A program made the position numbers and the translations under genes. Below are positions 27,473 through 40,124 of a stretch of 64,000 nucleotides of DNA, in pieces. Each line of letters opens with the position of its first letter. Within the stretch, counting starts at the first letter, position 1. Source of the DNA: Octopus sinensis (Eukaryota); NCBI RefSeq assembly GCF_006345805.1, contig NC_042999.1, forward strand, positions 49,290,001-49,354,000. The letters run 5' to 3'. Below the pieces are notes generated by a model. That model was given only the letters and a program-made list of their open reading frames with translations. It was not told where the DNA came from and made no database searches.

Positions 27473-27821
27473 GAACAAGAGAAAATAAACAGAGTAAGAA
27501 TCAAAATATTTGTAGATTTCAGCAGTCCAGCATGGTGAATATATATATATATGTATATTCTATATTCCTTTCTGTTGAAGAGCGTAGCTTTATGTTTATA
27601 AGTGTTTTGTTTTTTAAACCATAAATCTGTCCTCAAATACAGTCCAAAGGCTGTATTAGTTTGTCCGCAAAGTTCTGAGCGTTTTAAAGCTAAATATGTT
27701 AACACACCTGACACGTAACACAGTTAAATCTTTGGTGTTGCATGAAGTGGAAGTGCATCTGTTGTTCGATCCTGTCTAAAAGTAGATTTATCATTCTGTT
27801 TACCTTCTATTGATATTTGAA

Positions 27822-28814
27822 ATGGATAACCAAAACTTTCATATTTGCGTTGTAATGCTTTCCGTTTTCAAAATAAGAGAAAATCCTGCAAAATAACAGA
27901 AAATTGCGAAGTTTATGGTGACGATGTTGGAGGTGAATCAACTGTTCGGAGGTTGTTTTCTAAATTTAAAGCTGGGGAGTTAGTTTTGAAGATGACAGTC
28001 GCAGTGGAAGACCTTCAGAACTGGATGAAGATGTTTTGAAGACAAAAATCGAAAGAAACTCAAATATCACGCCTTGCAGAGGAGTTAGAAGTTTATAAAA
28101 CTACGGCTCATGAATACCTAATGAGGCTAGAATACATTTCTCGCTCTTGTGTATGGGTCCCTCGCAAACTCCCAGACAAGAATTGTTAGGGCTAGTATTC
28201 CGTTTGTGATATGCTTTTGAAACGGAATGAAAGCATTCTTTTTTTGAAACAACTTGTGACTGGAGATGTAAAATTGATTGAATACAAAAACCTAATGCGA
28301 AAAACATCCTAGAGCAACCAAAGACGAATATCCATGCCAAAAAAGCTATGCTTTGTGTTTGGTGGGATCATAAAGGTATTACTTATTATGAGTTTCTCCC
28401 ACAAAATCACACCATTATTTCTGATGTATACTATCGTCAGCTGGCTAATTTGAACCAAAAACATCAAAGAATTGAGGCCGGATATTGCCAAAAGGAAAGG
28501 AGTATTGTTTCAGAAAGACAATGCCCAACCACATGTGTCTTTGGCTACCAAAACAAAGTTACATGACCTTGGCCATAATCTATTATCCCATCCACCATAT
28601 TCTCCTGATATTGCGCCATCCAACTATCATGTGTTTTTGTATCAATAGAACTCTTTGCAACGAAAAGCATTTAAAGATTTAGATGGAGTCAAAATGCATC
28701 TAGATAACCGCTTTGTTCTTCAAAACCAGTCAAATCTTATGCTGATGGGATATTTAAATTGCCTGCTAGATGAGAAAAGGTCATAATAATAATGGAAACT
28801 ATTTCATTGAATAA
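27822..28814 (+). pseudogene. Near full-length decayed mariner (DD34D) transposase
   Basis: VTGDVKL, MLCVWWDHKGITYYEFL, a DNAQPHV-like segment and HPPYSPDIAPSNYHVF across frameshifts. Confidence 0.9.
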
Positions 28815-29241
28815 TATCTATTTCATTGAATAATATCAATTATTTATATTCTTTTTTGCATATTAAAAACACTCAGAACATATATGTAAATATAAATACA
28901 TATATACAAATATATACATATGAATATGCAAGCGCATACATACACATACAGAAACACGTACACACACACACATTACCATATATATATATACATATACACT
29001 CATGCACACACATACCTTTATATATATATATATATGTGAAATAGAAAGATGAATAATCTTGTAGCAGATTAATCAAAAGTTTAACCGATACCTTGGTAGC
29101 AAAAATCACAACAGAAGACAGCACGGTTGCAGGTACAACCATATGGTGTTGCAACCGTGCGTTGGTGCGGATAATTGAATTTTAATATTATTAGTGAATT
29201 GAAGAAATGGAGCTGAACGAAGATTGAACAGAAATCGTTTT

Positions 29242-29332
29242 ATTTCATTCTACACGTGTTTCGAAAGGCACAATTTACCAAAATCCGATTGAATAATGAG
29301 ACCATATTGTGTCTTTCTTTTCAGGAAGAAAT
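29242..29332 (-). ncRNA. Type I HHR fold with CUGAAAA core, copy 1
   Basis: Stem I atttc-ttc/gaa-t-gaaat; stem II gaaagacacaat/attgtgcctttc (11 of 12 pairs); GAAA; palindromic stem III ACACGUGU; GUA site. Confidence 0.75.
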
Positions 29333-29380
29333 AGGAAATCCGTTGGAAAAAACAAAAACAGAACAGAGGCGGAGCTCAAT

Positions 29381-29428
<48 letters not shown>

Positions 29429-29634
29429 GTGAAATAGAAAGATGAATAATCTTGTAGCAGATTAATCAAAAGTTTAACCGATACCTTGGTAGCAAAAATC
29501 ACAACAGAAGACAGCACGGTTGCAGGTACAACCATATGGTGTTGCAACCGTGCGTTGGTGCGGATAATTGAATTTTAATATTATTAGTGAATTGAAGAAA
29601 TGGAGCTGAACGAAGATTGAACAGAAATCGTTTT

Positions 29635-29725
29635 ATTTCATTCTACACGTGTTTCGAAAGGCACAATTTACCAAAATCCGATTGAATAATGAGACCATAT
29701 TGTGTCTTTCTTTTCAGGAAGAAAT
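29635..29725 (-). ncRNA. Type I HHR fold with CUGAAAA core, copy 2
   Basis: Identical to copy 1, shifted by 393 nt. Confidence 0.75.
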
Positions 29726-29773
29726 AGGAAATCCGTTGGAAAAAACAAAAACAGAACAGAGGCGGAGCTCAAT

Positions 29774-29817
<44 letters not shown>

Positions 29818-29821
<4 letters not shown>

Positions 29822-30440
29822 CAGCAACTATCCGGACCGTTGCCACAGTAACGAAGTTAAAATTGCAGAGTGAAGTCGCTGGGCAAATATTGAACATAAA
29901 CTCTGGTGTGTAAGCGCACTAAGTTTTAACGTTCTACCTCAATTCTGCTGTTTACAGCAGTGTTTGTAAGGAAGGTGTGTATCGTGTGATCGTCGCATTG
30001 AGCATGACAGAGAAAGTTATCATTGCGCCACCCGGTCAAAGGCCTACTCAAAGTTACAGAAAGTGTATGGAGTGGAAAGTATGGCCGCATACAAATGCTC
30101 GAGGGGTTCAGACGTTTCCAGATGGCCGCAAAAATGTCTACATTGACGAACGTTCTGGGAGGCACACAGCCGGCAGAACTGAGAAAATCATTCTCAGATG
30201 TGAGAGCAGCTGTGGGGGGAAATCGTTGAATCACCATCCGTATGTTATCAGAGGAATTGCAGATAAGTTATGGTTCAGTTCAGTCCATTATCACTGAAGA
30301 TTGCGTATGAGACACGTGTCTGCCAAGGTTATTCCAAAATTGCATTCAGCAGACCTAAGAGAAACTCGGGTTTCAGTTGCACAAAATCGTAATTTTGACG
30401 AAAACAATGAAAATTTTTTGAAAACTTTGCGTATGAATTC
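29818..30440 (+). mobile_element. Mariner 5' half, same family as 24511-25122, more decayed
   Basis: Shared 5' UTR gcgcactaagttttaacgttcta; FPDGRKNVYIDERSGRH. Confidence 0.8.
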
Positions 30441-30828
30441 CTCAAAATGAGGATGGATTTATGGCTTTGACATTTGTACTACCCTTCCCTTTATCTATAA
30501 ATAGAAACAATTCCTGTTTGTCTCCATTCAATCAAGGATAAAAAAACTCCTTTCCCACTGACAGATCTAAATAACAGAGTGAACTCAATGATAAAATCTA
30601 CAGACGGAGAATGAACATACTACTATCATGTTCTTAAGAATGAAATTAACCTCACTGTCTATATGTGTACCCTTTTTATGATGTTGGCAAATGAAATAGG
30701 GATAAGAATGTGCATTGTCCGTTTAATTGGAAAATTCTATATATGGCTGAAGATTGTTCGACACCTTAAAACTAATGTAATACTTACAGTGTTTAATAAA
30801 ATGAAGTAGCATGAAACAATCGTACTAC

Positions 30829-30881
<53 letters not shown>

Positions 30882-30951
30882 TGTGAGTGTGTGTGTGTGT
30901 GTTTGTATCAATATATGTATATGCTTATATGTATGAATGTATATTTATGTC

Positions 30952-31160
30952 AAGCTGGCAGAAACATTAGCACGCCGGGCGAAATGCGCAGCCGTATTTC
31001 GTCGCCGTCACGTTCTGAGTTCAAATTCCGCCGAGGTCGACTTTGCCTTTCATCCTTTCGGGGTCGATAAATTAAGTACCAATTACGTACTGCGGTCAAT
31101 ATAATCGACTTAATCCGTTTGTCTGTCCTTGTTTGTCCCCTTGTGGGTAGTAAAGAAATA
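30952..31160 (+). mobile_element. SINE-like family F2
   Basis: ggcagaaacattagcacgccgggcgaaatg ... ccccttgtgggtagtaaagaaata. Confidence 0.85.
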
Positions 31161-31890
31161 ATACTTATGTATGGATTAAAATATATATGAACTATTTTGC
31201 ATTAACGCAGTTGAAAGTTGTACCAGGTTTTATGTGTGTATGCAAGGTTGTATTTGTTTTTGTACCCACCATTTGACAATCAGTTTCGCTTCGTTTTCAT
31301 GGGTGAAATCTAACGATTTGGTATAAAGACTCCAATATTATAAGCATTGGGCTTAAAAAAAAAAACTATACTTTCCTCGGATTCAAATCCTTGAAGGCGG
31401 TTCCCACGCTTGACCTCAATCAACGAAGTTACCTACTCCTGATTGATCGTGTAAGAGTATTTTCTAATGAATCTGAGCTACTCCGTACAACAAGGCTATA
31501 GCTATTGAATTATCGGTATAATCCACCCGACTGCCATTAATTACGGCAAATTAATTTCACTCGTAATTAATGGGTCGACTCCAAGCTTTTGCAAAGGATA
31601 TTTTCCCAAGAACAAACGTTGTGGCATTTGACTTGGGACTTCAGTTTGGGATGTAACGTTCTTAACCATTCACATACACATACCCACGCACATCCCCACA
31701 CATATGTACACATACATGCACACAAACACACGCACAAACTCACACACACATTCACATACCTATTCACAGCTCAAGCCCCATGTGAACGAAAATGCACTTC
31801 AAAAGTAGTCAACACATTTGTTCGGCTCAAGGACTAAGGATATGTCTGTATAGGAGAGTGTGTGCGTGTTTGTGTGTCTATATATATATA

Positions 31891-31921
<31 letters not shown>

Positions 31922-32278
31922 CATGTGTGTGTATACACGCACACACATGCATTTGTAATTACATGCTCATATAAATCCACTGCAATGCGCACAGCCAGAC
32001 AAACGTAGTACATGCACATACACATACACAGGAACGGTAATCAACCAAAAGGATTTTAAAATACAGCGTGTTGTAAAAAGAGGAGTATGAAGAAGTAAAA
32101 ATCACAAAATATGAATGAAGGAGGTGGCGGAAGAAGATAATGATAATTGTGATTTTCAATAAATTAATCAATGATTCATACATTTTATTTTAGCATACTA
32201 AGTGATTGAGAAAAAAATACATATAATCTTTAGTACATCAAGTATTATTATTATTATCATCATCATCATCATTATTAC

Positions 32279-32310
<32 letters not shown>

Positions 32311-32593
32311 TATTATTATTATTATTATTATTATATTGTTAATAGTAATTGCTTTTTCATTTCATTCAACCATTAAGTTTTAACTTCTTTGGGGGGGGGG
32401 GGTTTCTGCCTTCATATAGTGAACAGTGAACGGATTTTAATTTTAATTTGGAATTTAATTCAACAAATAAATAAATTGTTTCAATTTTGTTTTCTGTCGT
32501 TACTTCTAAGATGAAATGATGAAATGGAGAGTTAAAAAGTACAATGTATATATACATGGATACGCAGAAAGCAAACTACTTCTAGATATATAG

Positions 32594-32632
<39 letters not shown>

Positions 32633-33138
32633 ACTACGTGTGCATATGTATGTACGAGCGCGTGTGTGTGTATGTGCATGCATATATGTATGTTGAAGAC
32701 GATCGACAATTTATCGATGAAGAAATTTTAAATCTGTAATTCAGATTAAGCGCACAGCATCACGATATCGCGTTGATTTATAACTGTTTCGTATTAGTTG
32801 TTGCATAATATACTTATTGATGGTTGAGTTACTGTTTCGTTGGCTGCATTCCTTCACAGAAATTGTTCTTGTTGTTTGCGCACCGAGTTCAAATTCCGTT
32901 CATCCTTTCGAAGTATATAAATAAATAGCAGTCAGATACTTAATCAAATTCTCCGCTTTCTTTTATTCTGTTTGTCTCTTTCATTCAGGAGATTGGCTAT
33001 TTTAGATCTGGAGAAATTTGCATGATCCTATCTGATTTCTAAATAAATATATATGTATATATACACAAGTGCACACATACACCTCCCGTATGCCACACAT
33101 ATACATATGAATTTATACATGCATGCATATACATGTAT

Positions 33139-33191
<53 letters not shown>

Positions 33192-33224
33192 CTATCTATG
33201 TATTTATGTATACAAATATATGAG

Positions 33225-33625
33225 GCGCATACAAGTTGGAACCATAAACTCAGAAAAATACATCGAAATACTTAAGCGAGGACTACTTCCGAAGTATTCA
33301 CACAATAACATAACGAAAAATGCGATTTTATTCCTGGAAGATGGGGCTCTATACCACACAGCGAAAAGGAATCTACAATGGCTGACTGAAAATGGGATCA
33401 AAAAGCTTCCTTGGCCGAGCCAATCTCCTGACATGAACCCAATTGAAAATCTTTGGAGCACACTAGATAGAGCTATATGGAAAACTCGACAGAAACCTAA
33501 ATCTAACGATGACATGTTTCGATTGTTGCGTGAAAACTGGGCAGAAATTTCACAAGAGACAATTACAAAGCTCATCAGTTCAATGCCAAAAAGAGTTTCT
33601 GAATTAAAAACAGCAAAGAACATTT
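33225..33625 (+). mobile_element. Tc1-family (DD34E) transposase C-terminal fragment
   Basis: GTINSEKYIEIL, FLEDGALYH and WPSQSPDMNPIENLW motifs in an open frame. Confidence 0.9.
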
Positions 33626-33784
33626 TTAAAAAGTTACTAAAGTATGTAGTCCTAATATCGATTACATTTCAATTGTTCGCTTTGCGTATTAAATAAAAGT
33701 TTTTGAATATTAAAGGTGTCTATTTACTTCCTGCATGTCTGTGTATACACACACACACATACGCATATATATATATGACTGCGT

Positions 33785-33970
33785 GTGTACCGTTGGCGAT
33801 TTTTTTTTCCTCTGCCCTTCTCTGGATCTTTCCTTCTCCTATGTTTCCGACGAAGAGCTCTGCTCGAAACGTTCAACCCTCCTTCTTTCCTGAGCGTCCA
33901 ATAATACTATATTTGTTTCACGTCCTCGCGTTGTTGTGTTTTTTTTGTGCTTTCTTGTTTGGATTAACTT
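33785..33970 (+). mobile_element. Short HHR-bearing repeat (family H)
   Basis: Homologous to the reverse complement of 55171-55350; central gtttCCGACGAagagctctgctcGAAAcgttcaac at 33843-33877. Confidence 0.75.
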
Positions 33971-34619
33971 TATATACATATATATATTTATATAGATACG
34001 TCGCCTCTCGACCCCCCAAACAGAACAATTAAACAAAAATTCAATGAGCACAGATATGACCTCAGACGCAATAACAATTGTTCGACAGAATTTGCCAAAC
34101 ATACTACATCAAACAGCTGCAATTTTGAAAAACACTTCGCAGTGCATTTTTTCAGAAAATATTCTGAATCTGTTACACATTCAGTCCTCAAAATGCATGA
34201 GGCAAAATATATTTGTGAGTTATTAACAACAGGACCTGGAGGGAGGAATGTTACAGGGGAATTTTATCATATTTACACGAAACTGTTTGATTAAATATTC
34301 TTCTTTCTTTTCTTTGTTTTTCTGTTTTCATTCTTTTCTTTTTGCCAGTTATTATTATTATTATTATTATCTACAGATTTGGACCAATCCTTTTTAATGT
34401 GTTCATCTTCAATACTTAGTCTGTTTGCCTATCACATTTATATCATTATTACATTTGCTTTTATTTAGCTTAGCTAAAAAAGAATGCTTAATGCATTTAC
34501 TTCTATTTAAATATAAATTTTTATTATATTTCCTATTACGTTCCATCTTATCTAATATTTTATCATTTTCGGGAACTTTATTATTATTTTGATTCTGGAT
34601 ATAGTAAATTTATCGTTAT

Positions 34620-35640
34620 ATCCAGCTTCAATTAATGCATAGCCATAGTAATTTTGATTTTATATAGATACATCCTCATTAGTGTAAACTCTCGAAATAC
34701 TAAAAGGTATATTTGTAATGATATAATTTATTAAGCTACTTGGATGATTAGAAGTTTTATCTAGATATTTTAAGTACTCATTTGGCTTATGATATGGTTG
34801 GTATAGTTCAGTATTTAAATCAAGTGTAACATCAAAGAGGTTAACCTTAGTAAAGACATTTCCCATAGCTATAGATAGACCGAGCTGCTTAAAGAATTTG
34901 AAAAGACTTTTTCTGGACCTTTCTAGATTAACCTTATTAGATTTATACATAGTTAATAGAGCGTTATTTCTATACAATTCATCTCCTAATTTGAGAGATT
35001 CTCTCTGTATACAATAAAGGATACAAACAACTTCTAAGTCGGTTATTTGGGCCGATTCACTGGACCATATAAAGATATCGATATAATCAGGTTTATCATT
35101 TCTAATCTGCTACTTTCCATCGAATTCATTTATGGTTATCCTAACCGTTAGTATTATATCGACCTCACGTTTGGATAACTCTTAATTCTTCATAGCGAAA
35201 ATTAATGCTTTATTCATTAGAAGAGAGCTGATGGATGTGTAATAATTAGAAACATCCAACTGAATAAATTTCGTATGTTTTTTATCCTTAATGTTAATGG
35301 ACCAATCAATAACATCCAAGGAATTAGACCATAAAGATAAATTAGTATTGTTTAAGCTTATGAATATGTTTATCAATAATATATTTGTTAATCTTACCAA
35401 TATCTGATTTCGATGGCCACATTAATTTAACTTGTCGATCAGTATTAAAATTGGGTTTGTGATCATTTAGATCAGTTCCGAGTGTTTTGAAAGTGACAGG
35501 TTCAGTTCGATCTTCAACTTGCCGATCATCAACTATGTCTTTCACAATTAACTCAAGGTTTAGTAAGTCTTCTTTGGCGGCAAATTTATAATCCTTTGTA
35601 CTTTGTACTTTTTGTTTAATTAAAGAGAAGTCTCATTCCA
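34620..35640 (-). mobile_element. Decayed Penelope-like RT fragment
   Basis: DHKPNF..VKLMWPSKSDIGKI, FIQLDVSNYYTSIS, MYRNNAL (a YRDD relic) and FDVTLDLNTELYQPYHKPN..SNHP. Confidence 0.85.
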
Positions 35641-35643
35641 GTT

Positions 35644-35689
<46 letters not shown>

Positions 35690-35817
35690 TATATATGACG
35701 GCGGCCATGCTGCAGCGCCGACTTTAGTCGGTAGAAAACACTTGCTGAAAGTGCCAGCAGTGGAACTGAATCCAAAACTATGTGGTCGGGAAGCAAGCTT
35801 CCTACGACACAGCCATG

Positions 35818-35976
<159 letters not shown>

Positions 35977-36941
35977 TTATACTGAACTTTCATTCCGTTT
36001 CTATTTTCACTCGAATGTAGTATAGATGATTTTTTTATTTTGCTCTCTAAATCCAAAACGCATACATTTTATACACAAAACATGACTTAAATTTGCTCAG
36101 CTTTTTATAATTAACGTGACTAATGTTTCAGAGCGCCTTACTAGTCTGAGCCCATTTGACATTGTTACTTCGTACAAAGCTAGCAAGTTTTGAAATATGT
36201 ACAGCTGACCATAATCACGTCTCTAATCGATTTCTACTTAGTTTTACAGATTCTGGGGAGATCAAAGATAACAGTAAGGTGAGAAATAAAACGCACTCCT
36301 TATGGAGGTATAACGAAATATCACAGGGGATTTTCAACAGCATTCTTCGAATTCTAGTATCGATCGCTTCGTGAAAGCGAACACAATATCACGAAAATTA
36401 CAATATATATAAAAAAAAATAATACATTTTTTAAGGCTAAATTTGAACTTTTCCATTTTGACATTTTAATTTGATTCAAATGATTAAGATAATAAAACGT
36501 GTACTCTATGTGCAGGATGTATTTTTTGTAATTAGGAATGATTGCGAATGTGTTTCTGTAAGTACAAATGATTGTGAACGTGTATGGCCGTTTGGATATG
36601 CGAATAAGTATGTGTATGAGAATACACAGGTATGCATGTTAATGCGTGATATTCTTGTTCGAAAATTTGCGTGTTTTTGTATTCTTGTGTCAATACTTGT
36701 CTAGAGGTTATGGCCAGGTTATAAAACTACTGAATGCTAGAATCTCTCTCTATTTCTTTCTTTATTTTAGGTATTTTTTAAATTAATTAATCAAGGTAAA
36801 TATATTTAGAATTTAAGAGATCAACTGGCCGCGGTTCTTCTACGATTTTTTTTATTCTCTTACGCATTATCTTTATTGTTGATATTCGTCGTTTTCAGTT
36901 CGTTAGTTTTTCTATCCCAATTATATATACATACATATATA

Positions 36942-36981
<40 letters not shown>

Positions 36982-37096
36982 ATGTGTGTGGTTTATTCAT
37001 CGTGTTGTGTTTCTTTTAGATTTCCTTAATGTGTTTTGCAATTATTTCGAAACTAGTTTTAAATTGATCGGATTCAATGATATTAACCCAAATTGA

Positions 37097-37127
<31 letters not shown>

Positions 37128-37549
37128 GCTGTTGTTGTTGTCGACGTCCTCGTCGTCTTTGTTATAGATTGTAGTAATGGTGGTTTTCTTGGTATTATTG
37201 CTGTTGATGGTGATAGTGATGGTGGGTGGAGGTTTAGTATTTGTTGTTCTTTTTAATTTTTATGATTTCTTTTTACTCTTTTGCTGTTCCTGCTGCTGCT
37301 GCTTTGTTATGTACAAGATTAGTAGTAATAGTAGTACTAGTAGCAGAAGTATTAAAGCGGCCTACGCCGAATTACATATGTACCCACACATACACACACG
37401 CAAACACGTACAGAGACATACACACTTATAGAAGTAAGACTTCATGAGTGTTCATATGCCAAACTACAACACGAATACATACACAGAAGCGCGCCCAAGC
37501 GCACACGTATACAAAAAAAACACACACACATACGCACGCACGAATACAT

Positions 37550-37593
<44 letters not shown>

Positions 37594-37699
37594 GCATCCG
37601 AGTACAAAAACTCATACACAATCGCACATATTCTCAAAAATTCAAGCCTGAACGTATGCAGCCAAGGAAATTCATATAACGTCACTACTGCAATATTTA

Positions 37700-38125
37700 T
37701 GTTTAGGCCCACAGGTGCCTAAACATAGAGGAAGCAAACAAGGAGAGACAAAGGGATTAAGTCGATTACATAGACCTTAGTGCGAAACTCGTACTTAATT
37801 TATCGACCCCGAGAAGAATGAAAGGCAAAGTTGACCTCGGAGGAATTTGAACTCAGACAGTAATGGCAGACGAAATACTACTAAGTATTTCGCCCAGCGA
37901 GCTAACGTTTCCTATTTCTTTATTGCCCACAAGGGGCTAAACATAGACGGGACAACAAGAACAAACTAAGGGATTAAGTGGATTACATCGACCTCCCAGT
38001 GTGTGACTGGTACTTAATTCATCGACCCCGAAAGGATGAAAGGCAGAGTCGACGGAATTCGAACTCAGACCGTAACGGCAGAAAAAAGCCCGGCGTGCTA
38101 ACGTATCCGCCAGCTCGCTGCCTTG
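37700..38125 (-). mobile_element. Two tandem SINE-like F2 copies
   Basis: Repeated core and ccccttgtgggc tails. Confidence 0.8.
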
Positions 38126-38519
38126 CAATATTATAATGCATTAATCCTTAATAGTTATAGTATGTTATGTTTTGACTTTGCTTTAATTTATAAGAGTAAC
38201 ACCCAAATTCCCAACCGAAAACAGGAAAGGACATCAAGCTTTTGCATCTGAAGATGTTAAATGGTAAGTTACCATGCAGTGCAAACCACTGATACTTGCG
38301 GGAGAAAAAATGATGCATTTACATGGACCTGGATTTACGTAGAATATGTGAAGTACCTATAAAGACGATCTTTTGTAATTCGTTTATTTCGGGATTGCTA
38401 GTGATTTGGCCTACATAGTTATTTGCTCTGCTTCATATCATTTAAGTGCCCCAATAATATTGTTGTTTGGGATGTCACCTTCCTCTGATTTCAATATTCA
38501 GGCCCTTATATTTTCTCAA

Positions 38520-38584
<65 letters not shown>

Positions 38585-38593
38585 GTTATTATT

Positions 38594-39000
38594 CTATGTT
38601 TGACTTTTGTTTTATGTCTGTACAAGTTGGCTCGAAGTCTCACCCAGAGACCTCAAGAGAAAACAGGTTGGAAGTTCACGTTGTTGTTATGCCTAGTGTG
38701 CCATATATTTGGGGTTCTTCTTGGTGTTGTACTACTGAATGTCTAATACATAGATTAATAAAAATAAAAATAAAAAAAAAAGTTTGTTTTAAACCTTGGG
38801 ATTACATAGAGAGTATTTTGCGTAGGATATGAGCAGTTCCCATGAGCACTATCTTTTGAATGTCTGCCATTTTGGGGTTTCCTGGTATCTGAGTTAGGTA
38901 GCAATCAGCCCCTTTCGCTATCATTCCCAGGGCACCTATGACAACAGGTATTGTTTTAGTCTTCAGGTTCCACATTTTGCCGATTTCTATTTCAAGATCT
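38594..39000 (-). mobile_element. R4/Dong-like (REL-endonuclease) LINE 3' end inside a (TAA)n tract
   Basis: 38999-38802 encodes DLEIEIGKMWNLKTKTIPVVIGALGMIAKG...IQKIVLMGTAHILRKILSM*, typical of the R4-clade C-terminus; (TTA)n on both sides. Confidence 0.85.
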
Positions 39001-39024
39001 TATTATTATTATTATTATTATTAT

Positions 39025-39572
39025 TGAGTGAGAGAGCAGTGCATGCCATCAAAGTGACACTGGGGTAAAATATACGAAGCCCAGTATATCCATCATGACT
39101 ACCCGTGTGATAAGGGTACACTAGGCACATGCACCACAACCATATGTGCGCGACATGCTGATTTCATATCAAGCTAAACAGCACATGACCTTGCAGGTGG
39201 GGCCCAGTCAGGATTTTCTTCAGGTCGAGTAGCCCATCCTGCTCAAAAGGTCCCTGAATAAGGGTTGCTTTAGGATGTTGAACGAAACACCCATGTTTCC
39301 AGAGGTGAAATTTTCAAACCCTCTCAACACACGGCTATAATGCTCCCCCACTACCTTTGCTCGTGATCAGAGATGCACATATTGTCAGCCACTAAGGGAC
39401 ATGCTCAACTGGTTAAGGTCAAACATCTGACAAGCAAATCTGTGGTATTGAGCAGAATATTTGCTGTAGCCCATCTTTTATACTAAGTCAAAACAATGTA
39501 CATGATAACACTTCCAATCAGTTAAGATCAGAAGCCATGAGAGCCTCTGCCTGGTACTGCATCGGGGCATTT
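39025..39572 (-). mobile_element. Non-coding element of about 550 bp inserted in (TAA)n, copy 1
   Basis: Inverted homologue at 42781-43339; both copies are bounded by TAA repeats. Confidence 0.85.
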
Positions 39573-39599
39573 ACTATTATTATTATTATTAGTAGTAGT

Positions 39600-39669
<70 letters not shown>

Positions 39670-39798
39670 AGCGTTGAGCTGGCACAATCGGTAGCACGCC
39701 GGTAGAAATGCTTTGCGGCATTTCGTCTGTCAAATTCTGCCAAGGTCGACATTGACTTTCAACATTCCGTGGTCGATAAATTCAGCAGCAGTGAAACA

Positions 39799-40070
39799 CT
39801 CGGTCGGAGGATCGCGGTTTCAATTTCCAGACCGGGTGTTGTGTGTTTATTGAGCGAAAACGCCTAAAGCTCCACAAGGCTCCGGCAGGGGGTGGGGCGG
39901 CGACCCCTGTTGTACTCTTTTGCCCCAACTTTCTCTCACTCTTTCTTCCTGTTTCTTGAGTAACGCTGCGATGGACTGGCGTCCCGTCAACCTGGTGGGG
40001 AACAGATACGCCACAGAAACCGGGAAACCGGGCCCATGAACCTAGCTAGGCTTGAAAAGGGAGCATAAAT
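39799..40070 (+). mobile_element. tRNA-head SINE (head A truncated, tail Z)
   Basis: Head A core followed by gaaaccgggaaaccgggcccatga tail. Confidence 0.8.
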
Positions 40071-40078
40071 AAAAAGAA

Positions 40079-40124
<46 letters not shown>

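Larger units (their letters stand above)
29036..29777 (-). repeat. Two identical 349-bp units head-to-tail (period 393), separated by (TA)n
   Basis: 29036-29384 equals 29429-29777 by eye; each unit holds an HHR fold and a 40-nt hairpin. Confidence 0.9.

Noticed and set aside
29036-29777. CRISPR-like or exon-duplication reading of the tandem repeat (tctttcttttcag acceptor)
   Set aside because: Eukaryotic context, only two long units and no spacers. The apparent acceptor is the reverse complement of the HHR core and stem II.
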